This document shows positions 19,089-29,085 of a stretch of 64,000 nucleotides of DNA, one piece after another. Under the pieces are notes generated by a model, which searched no databases, was not told where the DNA came from, and saw only the letters and a program-made list of their open reading frames with translations. Every line of letters begins with the position of its first letter. Position 1 is the stretch's first letter. The DNA is from a virus (taxonomy: Duplodnaviria; Caudoviricetes), in the IMG/VR virus record IMGVR_UViG_3300010365_001171, positions 1-64,000 of that record. The stretch is one strand, 5' to 3'. Both the position numbers and the translations under genes were made by a program.

Positions 19089-20879
19089 ATGTGCGGAATA
19101 GTCGCTTATTTAGGAAAAAATAAAATAGATATACCAAAGTTTAAATTGTTGTTATTGTTAAATAAGGACCGTGGGGGAGATGCAACTGGCATCTCCCTAA
19201 ATGGAAATGTTTATAAATCAGTAGATTCTATTGATACCTTTATAACAAAAAATACAATTAACTATTATAAAAAAGGTATTGCAATAGGGCATGTAAGGAA
19301 GAAGTCGGCTGGAATTAACTCTAAAGAACAGGCCCACCCTATTATAGTTTATAGTGATGGGGATACAATTAAGTACCAATCAACAGAAAAGCCGGAGTTT
19401 ATATTAGTTATGAATGGTACAGTAACTAATATTAAAGAGTTAAGTACAAAGTACGGTACTAAAATGTTAACGAATGATTCTGATTCTCAGCATATTGCAA
19501 AAATTTTACACAAGCTAGGCAAAGAAGATTTTATTAATTTTTTCTCTGAGTATGAAGGTGCTTGTACATCAATATTTTACTGGACTGATGAGCCAGGAAA
19601 AGTTTATATATCAAAGGACATAGAAAGACCACTATTTGTATATGAAGATGTAGCTGGTGATATTTGGTTATCTTCAAAGGAAGATAGTTTAACGGCTGTA
19701 ACTAGTTTTAGTGATGAAAAAGACTTTTCGATACAAAAATATCAGGACAATGCCATTCATATATATGAAAATTCCGTACTAACAAAAACCATTAAGTTCA
19801 AAAAATACATTGCACCCTTCTATTCAAGAGGTGAGATAGATTATAGTCCTGCACATCAGAGGAATTTTAATAAGCACATGTATAAAAGCAAATTGACTGA
19901 TAAATTATCTGGGCATATTAAAGATTCAAAAAGATTTCACGGAATAGAAATATTTTTTGATACCAACTCATTAAAATATTGTTTAAACCCAAAAAAACCG
20001 GAAGAATTTCTTCATGGCAGTCATAAACTACAAAATGGTGAAACATTTAATTTTTTATTTGGTAATCATATTACAGATGACGCTTTTTATAATGAGATGA
20101 TTACAGAATATCCAGATCTTGCATACAAAGCTAAATTTATAATACAGATGGCTCCAGTAGAGGTAAGTAATTATTCTTCAAACCCAGTAAAAGGTTTACA
20201 TAACATATATTATCAAAATAAATTAATAGGTGGATCTAGCTCTGTTGCGTTTAAATTACCTCCATGTGGTTTAATTGGAACTTGTTCTAGTAATATTACA
20301 ACTGTTTCAGAGTTGAATCTTTATTATTTTCAAGGAACATATAACTATGCTAGAGCTGAAATTATTTTAATCGTAGAAGAACTATTAGATAATCCAGATA
20401 TTGATTCATTAAGTCAATTATGGAAAACCGTAATTTTAAAAGCAGTAGAATCAAATATTATGGTTAACATGGATGAGTTTATTTTAGCTCTTTTACATGT
20501 ATTTTCTAACGTCTTAACTAAATACGAAGGGCTAAACTTTATTTGGCAAAGTGTAGTATTAGCTGAATTTAATATAATAAATGTTGAAAACACAGATTTA
20601 TTGATGATAATAGAAGAATTATTGTATTTAAGCTGCACAGAACTTTCGTCATTATTTAATTCTCCAGAAAGTACTATATTTCAGACATTTTTTATAGGAA
20701 CTAGAAAAGAGTTTTTAACACATCTCGAATCTGTAATACCAGCAAATAAATCTTGTTTTATTATAGGTATAATTACACTTTATGTGTTAGAGTTTATTTC
20801 AATAGACGACCTTTTAACAGGTTTAATAACAGAAGATGACATTGAATTGGAGACTTTGGCTTATACCACATTAACATAG
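19089..20879 (+). CDS. class II (Ntn) glutamine amidotransferase with long C-terminal extension
   Basis: MCGIV N-terminal Cys, RGGDATG, GHVRK.S, AHP, NGT, DSDS. Confidence 0.85.
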   Translation: MCGIVAYLGKNKIDIPKFKLLLLLNKDRGGDATGISLNGNVYKSVDSIDTFITKNTINYYKKGIAIGHVRKKSAGINSKEQAHPIIVYSDGDTIKYQSTEKPEFILVMNGTVTNIKELSTKYGTKMLTNDSDSQHIAKILHKLGKEDFINFFSEYEGACTSIFYWTDEPGKVYISKDIERPLFVYEDVAGDIWLSSKEDSLTAVTSFSDEKDFSIQKYQDNAIHIYENSVLTKTIKFKKYIAPFYSRGEIDYSPAHQRNFNKHMYKSKLTDKLSGHIKDSKRFHGIEIFFDTNSLKYCLNPKKPEEFLHGSHKLQNGETFNFLFGNHITDDAFYNEMITEYPDLAYKAKFIIQMAPVEVSNYSSNPVKGLHNIYYQNKLIGGSSSVAFKLPPCGLIGTCSSNITTVSELNLYYFQGTYNYARAEIILIVEELLDNPDIDSLSQLWKTVILKAVESNIMVNMDEFILALLHVFSNVLTKYEGLNFIWQSVVLAEFNIINVENTDLLMIIEELLYLSCTELSSLFNSPESTIFQTFFIGTRKEFLTHLESVIPANKSCFIIGIITLYVLEFISIDDLLTGLITEDDIELETLAYTTLT

Positions 20880-20882
20880 AAA

Positions 20883-22364
20883 ATGAAAAAAATTGAAATA
20901 GATGGTTGGAAATACAACCTTTCCGATCCTGAAATCGGTTTTGTAAAAAATCAGGGGTACAAAATTATAACAGGAAAGAATTATTATTGTGCATTAGATG
21001 AAAATTTAAGGTTAATATACTTTAAAAATGAAGGGTTTAATTTACAATTTTGTGTTCAATCCGCCTTAATTAATGAAAAGTTACAAACAGCAGAAGGAAG
21101 AGATTTAATAACAATAAATTTTGGAGCTATTGCTTCTAAAAACAATACACTAGCTATAAAAACAAAGTTAAAAAATAAAATTTGTAATGATATCTTTTTT
21201 ATAAATAGTGCTGCTGCTATTAAAAATGGGTTTATAGAATCTTTTTTAGATGGTATTTTTTATGAGAAAAATGAAATTTATGATTTAAGCTCTATTAAAA
21301 AAATTAATAATGTAAAACATTTTAATTTTAAAGATAAATACAATGTATCAGATTATAAAAAAGATTATTTAAAACAAATCGAAGAAGCGAGTAACGATGT
21401 AAAGTTTAAAAATAACTTTGATCTTTTAAAATTTTATCGTAAATATCTCAAAGATTTTTCTTTTGGCGTAGAATTAGAATTTTCAAATGGCTATATTAGA
21501 CCTGAAGATTGTTTTTTAAATAATTTTGTAGGATTACGAGACGGCTCAGTGGCTGAAACAGGATCAGAGTTAGCATCTTTACCGATTTTTGATTACAGAG
21601 GTATTCATAAAGTTAAAAATATGATGGAAATCCTTGAAACTCGTACTAGTGTAGATCATACTTGTTCTACACATATCCATGTAGGCAATTTACGTACAGA
21701 TAACCTATTTATTTCTAATATTTATAAAGTATTACTTAGTTTACAAAATGAGCTTTACCAAGCATTTCCTCAAACACGTAATCAAGAAGTGAACGGAAAA
21801 AGGTATTGTGCACCATTACCAAAACTAGATCTTACTTTAAACAGAGGAAATTTAAAATCTGGGTTGACTAAAAATGTTGAAAAAATATTTGCGAGTTCAA
21901 ATGGTGGAAGAGGCTATGAAAAAGCCCACTCTTCTTTAGAATTAAGACAAGTTGAAAACGGGTTGTTTAAAAAAGTTTTACGAGAAACATATTACTGTAA
22001 AAAATCAAACATTTCTGTTTATGATGGCATTCCTAAGTATAATATTCCAGCAAGGTACTTTATAGTTAATTTTTTTAATTTTCTACTTAAGCCTGTAAAA
22101 ACAATGGAATTTAGAATAATGGAAGGAACTTCTAGTTTTAACGCCTTTATTAATTGGGTATCATTAATTGTTGCAATAATTAAATACGCCGAAAAATTAC
22201 ACCCAATGAAAAACATTGATGGGTTAACTTTAAAAACAGTAATTTCTGATTATTTTGAAACAAAAGAAGCCTCAAAATTAATCACTTATTGGGAGAAAAG
22301 AAAAGAAATTTTTAAAGTAGACATTAAAAACAGTAAATTACTAAACGATTTTAAAATATATTAA
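20883..22364 (+). CDS. putative amidoligase (COOH-NH2 ligase, glutamate-cysteine-ligase fold)
   Basis: FGVELEF, DGSV, ELAS, CSTHIHVG, TMEFR motifs. Confidence 0.85.
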   Translation: MKKIEIDGWKYNLSDPEIGFVKNQGYKIITGKNYYCALDENLRLIYFKNEGFNLQFCVQSALINEKLQTAEGRDLITINFGAIASKNNTLAIKTKLKNKICNDIFFINSAAAIKNGFIESFLDGIFYEKNEIYDLSSIKKINNVKHFNFKDKYNVSDYKKDYLKQIEEASNDVKFKNNFDLLKFYRKYLKDFSFGVELEFSNGYIRPEDCFLNNFVGLRDGSVAETGSELASLPIFDYRGIHKVKNMMEILETRTSVDHTCSTHIHVGNLRTDNLFISNIYKVLLSLQNELYQAFPQTRNQEVNGKRYCAPLPKLDLTLNRGNLKSGLTKNVEKIFASSNGGRGYEKAHSSLELRQVENGLFKKVLRETYYCKKSNISVYDGIPKYNIPARYFIVNFFNFLLKPVKTMEFRIMEGTSSFNAFINWVSLIVAIIKYAEKLHPMKNIDGLTLKTVISDYFETKEASKLITYWEKRKEIFKVDIKNSKLLNDFKIY

Positions 22365-22366
22365 AA

Positions 22367-22640
22367 ATGCAAAAAGAAAAATTATTTAATTTTTTTATAT
22401 CTGCCAATCAAATTGAAGAGTTTGAATGGTTGAATAAAATCGGCGGTAAAAGAGTAAATACGCTTGAAGAGGCACAAGTAATACTTTTTAATGGAGGAAC
22501 AGATATAAACCCTATTATGTACGGGGAAAAACGTGGGAGATATACAAATATTTCTGATTTAAAAAGAGATAAAGAAGAAGTGGAAGATTACTTCAAAGCA
22601 CAAAAACTAGGTTTAATTTGTGTAGGTGTATGCCGTGGGT
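22367..22640 (+). CDS. class I glutamine amidotransferase / peptidase C26, exon 1
   Basis: FNGGTDINP..YGE, RD..E, GVCRG nucleophile elbow; exon ends at U22640. Confidence 0.85.
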
Positions 22641-22749
22641 TAAATGTGGCCCACGTTAAACAGGGTGAATTCAGGGAACGCTGAAACGCCAATCCTGAGC
22701 TAAGCATTAAAAGAAATTTTAATGAAAGTGCAACGACTAGCAGTCGAGA

Positions 22750-23481
22750 CTAAGTTTTCAGTGTTATATCTGGAAATACGTCAGTAATACTGCCAAGAGC
22801 GCCCTGAATTTTATAATGTTCAATTATTTTATTAATATTTTTAGAAAAATTTTGCAGTTGTAAAAAATCTGCTGCATTTTTCATAGAATTTGCTAGACGA
22901 GAAATTATCCATATATTTCCTTTAATATACCCTTTAGAGTTGTCTATCCTGTCTACAGTGGCCCTATTAAATTTATTTGAATTACCTTTTGAAGTGTAAT
23001 CCAATTTGATATTTAATAAAGGGCATACCTCAGGTAATTCAATGTCAGAGTAATGTAAATTAAAATCATCATTTATATTATTTTTATTTCTTTTAGATGA
23101 ATATTTTATATTTCTTATAATATAACCTCTTATTCTATCTAAATCACTTAAATATATATTTTGAAATAATTTATGAGGTAAATTATAAAAATTACGTAAT
23201 TCACATACTCTTTGGGTATTAATTTTTTTTCTTATAAACAAAGGATGTTTTTGTAACTTTAAAATTATATCAGGAATTTTTTGATTATTTAAATATAAAT
23301 CAGTAAAAAAATTTTTAAATTCCTTATGTTCTAAAAGTTTCCTTATAACTAACGCACATGGTAAATTGCTTTGTTCTCTTATTCTTCTTACAAAATCTAT
23401 ATTCTTGTGGAGTTTAAGTGCAATTTCTTTATTAGTTAGTCCTTGTTTAATTAAATTTAAAATTAATAATTTCTCGTTCAT
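22750..23481 (-). CDS. intron-encoded HNH homing endonuclease, antisense to the intron
   Basis: CPLL...TVDRIDNSKGYIKGNIWIISRLANSMKN His-Me finger motif; N-terminal HTH. Confidence 0.88.
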   Translation of the reverse strand: MNEKLLILNLIKQGLTNKEIALKLHKNIDFVRRIREQSNLPCALVIRKLLEHKEFKNFFTDLYLNNQKIPDIILKLQKHPLFIRKKINTQRVCELRNFYNLPHKLFQNIYLSDLDRIRGYIIRNIKYSSKRNKNNINDDFNLHYSDIELPEVCPLLNIKLDYTSKGNSNKFNRATVDRIDNSKGYIKGNIWIISRLANSMKNAADFLQLQNFSKNINKIIEHYKIQGALGSITDVFPDITLKT

Positions 23482-23509
23482 TGTAATATGATTATTATGT
23501 TATATATTA

Positions 23510-23540
23510 CAATATAATAAAAATAATTTGAAATAACAAA
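23510..23540 (-). promoter_or_regulatory. promoter-like TTTG-N20-TATATTG driving the antisense HNH
   Basis: Plus-strand CAATATA 23510-23516 and CAAA 23537-23540. Confidence 0.6.
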
Positions 23541-23621
23541 TATAAAATTATGATATAGTCTGACCTTATACAAAAAAAAGTATAAGAAGTAGAGGATAAA
23601 GAGCCTTTACGATAACATTAG

Positions 23622-24070
23622 CACAACTTCTCACTGTTTTAAACGGTGGAAAATTAATACAACATGTTGAAAAACATAATGCTCCCCATAATTATATAGA
23701 TATTTATGGCACGGATATTCTAATACCATCTTCTCACCATCAAATGATGTTGCCAAAAGAAGATGAAAACTGTATAATAATTGGGATAGCTCCATCTAAT
23801 TTTACAGGCCGTTATTTAAATGGGGATAATAAAGAAATAACATTCACAAAAAATTTTATGGAAATTGAGACTTGTTATTTTAAAAAAACAAATTCTCTCT
23901 GTATTCAAACACATCCTGATTGGTATATTGACATAGGTATTAAAATATTTGGAGGTTATTTACTTAAACTATTAAATAAAGAAGTTATCTCACCTCAGGA
24001 TACTTTACAAAGAAATTACAGAATAACAAGAAGAATTCCTATTGAACGAATACAATTAAAAAAAAACTAA
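23622..24070 (+). CDS. class I glutamine amidotransferase / peptidase C26, exon 2
   Basis: QLLTVLNGGKLIQHV..SSHHQMM..EIE..QTHPD; in frame with the tracked ORF 23744. Confidence 0.85.
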
Positions 24071-24071
24071 A

Positions 24072-24767
24072 ATGAATAAAAAAATAATAGGCATACCGGG
24101 CTGGATCTTAGGAACAAGTGGTTTTGGTGTAAAAACACCATATATAGAGTATGTCTCAAGATTTGGAATACCTTTAATTTTAACACCTCAAATGAATGAG
24201 GTTATGCCAATAGATCTCTTATTTTTACCTGGGGGTGCAGATGTAGATCCACATAGATATGGAGAAACTCCTAGTTATCTTACTGGCAATCCAAATTTAA
24301 TGCTAGAGTTTTTTGACAAAACCATGCTACAAAGATATATTGATGAAGATATTCCAATAATTGCGTGTTGTCGTGGATTACAAACCGTAGTAGCGTTGTA
24401 TGGTGGTAAATTAACACAAGACTTACCTTTTCATTCTCAGTCTGCTCATAATACTCATATAGCACATACTCTTGCATTTACAGAGGGTTATGAGTATTTG
24501 GAAAAACAAAGCCGTCATACAAATTCTAGGCATCATCAATGTGCTGATCCAAATAATTTGCCACAAGAATTAGAAATTATTGCGTTTGCGGAAGAATTAC
24601 AAGGTAAACAAGCTATCACTGACTACAGTGTACCAGAAGTAATAATTCACAGAGAAAAGAATATATTTCTTTATCAAGGACATCTAGAAGACTTACCGGG
24701 AGAAAATTTAGGAGATTTTGTATTTGATTTATACTTGAATGGTGGTAAAATTAAAAAACAACCTTAA
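24072..24767 (+). CDS. second peptidase C26 / gamma-glutamyl hydrolase (PuuD-like)
   Basis: LPGGADVDP, CCRGLQ, NSRHHQ, YQGHLE. Confidence 0.88.
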   Translation: MNKKIIGIPGWILGTSGFGVKTPYIEYVSRFGIPLILTPQMNEVMPIDLLFLPGGADVDPHRYGETPSYLTGNPNLMLEFFDKTMLQRYIDEDIPIIACCRGLQTVVALYGGKLTQDLPFHSQSAHNTHIAHTLAFTEGYEYLEKQSRHTNSRHHQCADPNNLPQELEIIAFAEELQGKQAITDYSVPEVIIHREKNIFLYQGHLEDLPGENLGDFVFDLYLNGGKIKKQP

Positions 24768-25584
24768 TTTAAAGGACTTTAAATTAGGTTTTGACCCAGA
24801 GTTTTTATTATTAGATACAAATCTAAACAGACATGTATCTGGATTAACTTATAACTTTGGGGATAAGAGTAATGGACGAGAAATTTGTCCAGACTGTACG
24901 GTTGAAAATGACATGGTAACACTAGAAATAGTGTTACCACCAGTCAATATCGAAGATGGCTTAGACAAATGTTGGGAAAACTTTTCCACCGTAAAAGATT
25001 TACTACAAAAAGAATTACCTGAAAATATCGTAATTGATTGTTGTAGTTATGCCGAATTTACCAAAGAAGAATTAGCCACGGAGAAAGCAAGTACAGGAGG
25101 ATGTTCGATAGATTTTAATGCATGGAATAATGGAGAACCAAATAAATCTCCAAAGTTTAAAACTCCTTACAGATCATCAGGGGCCCATATACATTTTGGA
25201 ATGCCTACTCTTACCTATAAGCAAATGGTTCAAATAGTAAAGTTAACAGATCTTTTTATTACGTTACCTTTAATTTTTAATCAAAGTAATATAGAGAGAA
25301 GAAAACTTTATGGGGCAGCTGGGGCCTTTAGATGTGTAGAAGGACGAGTTGAAGCAAGATCTCCTTCTAACTGTTACTGGTCTTCAAAAGAGGGGCTAGA
25401 ATGGGTGTTTAATCAAGCTAAAATTATTCTTGGTTTAGTTGACACTGAAATCATGGAAACCGTTGAGTACTACAAAGAAAAAATTATTGAGGCAATAAAC
25501 TTTGATAATTTAGAGTTAGCGACAGAGTTAATGGAAATATTTAATATTAAATACGCCCCATTACCTGTTTTAGAAACAACATAA
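24739..25584 (+). CDS. phiEco32-like COOH-NH2 ligase type 2
   Basis: GFDPEF, D...LEI, GCSIDFNAW, RSSGAHIHFG, RR.LYG.AG.FR, VEAR. Confidence 0.88.
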   Translation: MVVKLKNNLNLKDFKLGFDPEFLLLDTNLNRHVSGLTYNFGDKSNGREICPDCTVENDMVTLEIVLPPVNIEDGLDKCWENFSTVKDLLQKELPENIVIDCCSYAEFTKEELATEKASTGGCSIDFNAWNNGEPNKSPKFKTPYRSSGAHIHFGMPTLTYKQMVQIVKLTDLFITLPLIFNQSNIERRKLYGAAGAFRCVEGRVEARSPSNCYWSSKEGLEWVFNQAKIILGLVDTEIMETVEYYKEKIIEAINFDNLELATELMEIFNIKYAPLPVLETT

Positions 25585-25626
25585 AATAAACAGAGTTTAT
25601 AATTTAATGTAAACTCTGTTTATTTT
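25583..25626 (+). terminator. intrinsic terminator closing the amidoligase operon
   Basis: AAAATAAACAGAGTTTA-loop-TAAACTCTGTTTATTTT followed by T-rich sequence. Confidence 0.8.
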
Positions 25627-25648
25627 CTTTTATTTTTTATAAAAAAAG

Positions 25649-25679
25649 TTTGTTTTTGATCTAATTAATACGTATATTA
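25649..25679 (+). promoter_or_regulatory. promoter-like TTTG-N20-TATATTA
   Basis: Same 20-nt spacing as the other promoters; ends 5 nt before ATG 25684. Confidence 0.55.
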
Positions 25680-25683
25680 TAGT

Positions 25684-26070
25684 ATGGATTTTATCAAAAT
25701 AAATGGCAATGTGCCCTCATCAAAAAATAGCAGAATTTTTAATTATAAATTAAAAAAATCTTTCCATTCTAAAACTACTCAAAAATTTGTAAAAAGTTCT
25801 GAGAGCGAATTCATAGAACAAAAAGAAAAGTTTTTATCCTTAATAAAAAATAAAAGTAAACCTTTTAAAATAGGGCTACATTTTATTAGGGATTCAAAAA
25901 GAAAATGGGACTTTATAAATATGTGTCAAATTATTTTTGACTTAATGGTAAAAAATAATTGGATAGATGATGATAATACCAATGAAATAGTTCCATTTCC
26001 TGTAGAAATTGACAACGAATACTATACAGTAGATAAAAATTTAGCGGGGGTTTTAATAACTATATTATGA
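25684..26070 (+). CDS. RusA-like Holliday junction resolvase
   Basis: GNVPSSKN, D.IN..Q...D......WIDDDN motif. Confidence 0.8.
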   Translation: MDFIKINGNVPSSKNSRIFNYKLKKSFHSKTTQKFVKSSESEFIEQKEKFLSLIKNKSKPFKIGLHFIRDSKRKWDFINMCQIIFDLMVKNNWIDDDNTNEIVPFPVEIDNEYYTVDKNLAGVLITIL

Positions 26071-26798
26071 AAAATTTAGATAGAACTTTATATTACGAAG
26101 TTTCTGGTATTTATAAAATTCAATCCCAGATTGATTCTAGATGTTATATAGGCTCAAGTAAAAATTTATATAAAAGAATAAACTCTCATATTAATGAATT
26201 AATTAATAAAAAACATCCTAATAGTAAATTACAAAATTTTATTAATAAGTATGGTATAGAGTGTTTAAATGTAGAAGTATTAATTTCAAACGTAGAATTA
26301 TCTGATATTTATAAATTAGAAACTATTAAAATAAAAGAATATAAAGCTTTTGAAGAGGGATTTAATTTACAAGAAGAGGCAATACCTATTAAAGGGCGGC
26401 CATTAACAAGCGAACACAAAGAAAAAATAAAAGCTACGCACATTAAAAATAAAGATAAAAATTTACCTATATATTTAAAAAATTTAAATTTAGCTAGAAA
26501 ACAAGTTAAGTTAAATAATGAAATTTTAAAACTAGTAGGTAAAAAAAGACAGGCCCCAAACAAAGGTATAAAGGCTTCAGACGAAACTAGATTTAAACAA
26601 AGAATGGTAAAATTAGGAAAACCGTCTTTAAAAAAAATCAAAGTAAATTGTTTATATAAAGATGGCACTTTTTACAAAACATATGACTCTATACAAGAGG
26701 CTGCAAATGCTTCTGGAGCAAACGTGCCTAATATATGTGCGGTATGTAAAAATAAAAGAAAATCAACAGCTGGCTTTTTATGGGCATACTGTGTATAA
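26067..26798 (+). CDS. free-standing GIY-YIG homing endonuclease with NUMOD-type DNA-binding repeats
   Basis: SGIYKI...YIGSSKNLYKR; C-terminal Y.SI.EAA...I..VC...RKS.AG..W. Confidence 0.9.
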   Translation: MKNLDRTLYYEVSGIYKIQSQIDSRCYIGSSKNLYKRINSHINELINKKHPNSKLQNFINKYGIECLNVEVLISNVELSDIYKLETIKIKEYKAFEEGFNLQEEAIPIKGRPLTSEHKEKIKATHIKNKDKNLPIYLKNLNLARKQVKLNNEILKLVGKKRQAPNKGIKASDETRFKQRMVKLGKPSLKKIKVNCLYKDGTFYKTYDSIQEAANASGANVPNICAVCKNKRKSTAGFLWAYCV

Positions 26799-26900
26799 AA
26801 GATAAAAGTAAAGATCGTGGTTATGGCGTGATATGCGAAGGGAAATAAATGAGATTTTATAGAGAGTATGTAATACACTATAAATAATCTACATTAATTA

Positions 26901-27446
26901 ATGGATTTTTTAAAATTATATAGAACACCAATAAAACAAGTAAAACATTTTATACTGCCGTTATATAATATTCCTTATATTGAGGATAAAAATAAAGGTC
27001 TTGAGGCCTATTTTTACGAAGATTCAGATTCTGAATATAAAGATACAATAGCGTTAGTAATAAAAAAAGACCAAGAAGATTATTATAAAGACTTTATTAA
27101 TAATAACGTTTTAAAAAACTCTTCTTTAGTAAATTATACTTGTAATGAAGGAGTAGACATTTACGTCTTTAGTGATGACTCATTAAAAGAGGACATCGAA
27201 AAAATTAAAGGCGGTAAAATTTCACAATTAAGTGCACAATCTAAAAAGAAAATAAAAGATTGGCATTTTAAAAGACTTAATAAAGATTCGGTTATTTTAA
27301 ACTACTTTTTTAATCCAAAGACAGAGGATTTTAAGCTTTGCGCAAAGCAGCTGGGAGAATCTGAAGAAGATGTATCAAAAAGTGGGGAATTATGTCCTAA
27401 AATAAATTTAGCAAATGAGACTTTTAGAATTCCTAATTTTTTATAA
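26901..27446 (+). CDS. hypothetical protein
   Basis: 181-aa ORF. Confidence 0.7.
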   Translation: MDFLKLYRTPIKQVKHFILPLYNIPYIEDKNKGLEAYFYEDSDSEYKDTIALVIKKDQEDYYKDFINNNVLKNSSLVNYTCNEGVDIYVFSDDSLKEDIEKIKGGKISQLSAQSKKKIKDWHFKRLNKDSVILNYFFNPKTEDFKLCAKQLGESEEDVSKSGELCPKINLANETFRIPNFL

Positions 27447-27770
27447 ATGAAAACACTATTTAAATACGCAACTTACCTAAGAGATGAAAAAGGTGAAGTT
27501 ATTGAAGATTCTTGGGCATTAATTTCTGTAACCCCATCTAATGTATTAGAAGCTTATTTTGATAAGACAGAAAATATTTTAGTTGTTGTTATGGATTCGT
27601 CTAAAGAATATAAACAATTCTTACCTTTAGTAACTAAAGCAGGTTACAAAAGAAACTCTAAAGGAGCGGTAATTGAACAACTTCAAGAAGTTCAAAGATA
27701 CTTTCAAATTGAAATGAGAAAAGAAGACGAGATCGCTTTATTTTTAGATACTTTCTGTATTAATCCATAA
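27447..27770 (+). CDS. hypothetical protein preceding PolA
   Basis: 107-aa ORF, translationally coupled to polA. Confidence 0.7.
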   Translation: MKTLFKYATYLRDEKGEVIEDSWALISVTPSNVLEAYFDKTENILVVVMDSSKEYKQFLPLVTKAGYKRNSKGAVIEQLQEVQRYFQIEMRKEDEIALFLDTFCINP

Positions 27771-29029
27771 TGTTTTTAGATTCTAAAAACTATGAAAGCT
27801 TAAAAAGGGATATGTTTAACGACATATCCCTTTTAACTTTTATACCATTAGATATAGAAACAACAGGTTTAAATTGTTGGTTTCATAAACCTTTGTTACT
27901 GATAATAAAAGGAGATAAACAAACATGGGTTTTAGATCTTAGAACAATTCCTAAAAAACAAATCTCTTCGTTATTAAAATATATTGGTACTGAAAAAACA
28001 ATAGTAGGACATAACTTAAAGTTTGACTGTAAATTTCTAACATATCATTACAATGTAAAATTTAAAAGCGTTTTTTGTACCTATGTAAACAGCAGATTAA
28101 TTTGGAATGGTATAAAAAGTAAAAAATACTCATTAAAATATTTAACTGAATTTTATATAGGAGAAATTTTAGATAAAGAAGTTAGAAACTCTTTTATAAA
28201 CAAACCTGATGACTCTCCATTCACTGAAGAAGAGATAGTTTATGCTGAGGGAGATGTAAAATATTTGCTAGACATAAAACTTAAAATAGAAGAGTGCCTA
28301 GTAAAATATAATATGGAGTTTTTATCTGAATTAGAAAATAAGTTTTTACTTTGTCTTGTACAAATGGAATTAGAAGGTGTAAAAATAGATCATGAAAAAT
28401 GGACTAAAAATATACAGGATTGGGAAGCAGAGCGTTTAAATATGATATCTAATTTAGATAAAGAATTATTTAATTTGTCTAAAAAATTTAAAGCTCTTTC
28501 TTATGCTTCTTTTGACGTAAAGGTAGACGAAGACCGTTTAAAGGTAACACAGAAAAATTTATTTTTTGACGATACAATTATAGACATTGAAAAAAAAGCT
28601 AGAATAAATTGGTCTTCCCCAACTCAAATTAAACAAATAGCTTATTATTGTCAGATTTTTCTAGACAGTACAGGAGAGGATGCCTTATTAGAGTATAATA
28701 AAAAAAACATAGGGAATCCTTTAGAACACCTATTTGAATTATTAGTTGGAGATGGAAATAAAGTAAAAGGTCTTAGACAAATTGAAAAATTACTTTCTAC
28801 TTATGGAGAAACATTTTTTAAAATTGAAAATAGTATTACTGGAAAAATTCACACCAGTTTTAGTCAAGTAAATACTGAAACAGGTAGACTTAGTTCAGGA
28901 GATACTAAATCTGATGGTAAAAAAATGAATTGGGGAGTTAACCTTCAAAATATTCCGGCCGATAATAAAATTAGAAACTGCTTTATCCCTGATGAAGGTT
29001 ATTTATTTTGTAGTTCAGATTTAAGTGGT
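27770..29029 (+). CDS. polA: family A DNA polymerase, exon 1 (3'-5' exonuclease and start of polymerase domain)
   Basis: LDIETTGL, GHNLKFD, YAEGDV, TETGRLSS, NLQNIP, IRNCF, DLSG. Confidence 0.92.
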
Positions 29030-29040
29030 AAAAATAAAAA

Positions 29041-29070
29041 TTGATAGTATCAAAAATATTTCATATATTG
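29041..29070 (+). promoter_or_regulatory. intron-internal promoter-like TTG-N20-TATATTG
   Basis: Same spacing as the other promoters; upstream of ATG 29086. Confidence 0.55.
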
Positions 29071-29085
29071 AAATAAAAGGATACT

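Larger units (their letters stand above)
22641..23621 (+). mobile_element. group I intron in the amidotransferase gene
   Basis: P1 CGTGGGT/GCCCACG (22649-22655) with U.G at the splice site; P10 TGTG(22645-22648)/CACA; P3 CAGGGTG/CGCCCTG; AACGACTAG and GATATAGTCT core; terminal G23621; spliced CRG-S-QLLTVLNGG; 240-aa product. Confidence 0.93.

Noticed and set aside
26799-26900. Possible RNA element or exon after the GIY-YIG at 26067-26798
   Set aside because: GC-richer stretch encoding only a short remnant (KDKSKDRGYGVICEGK*); no convincing stems or intron motifs, and the resolvase upstream looks complete.
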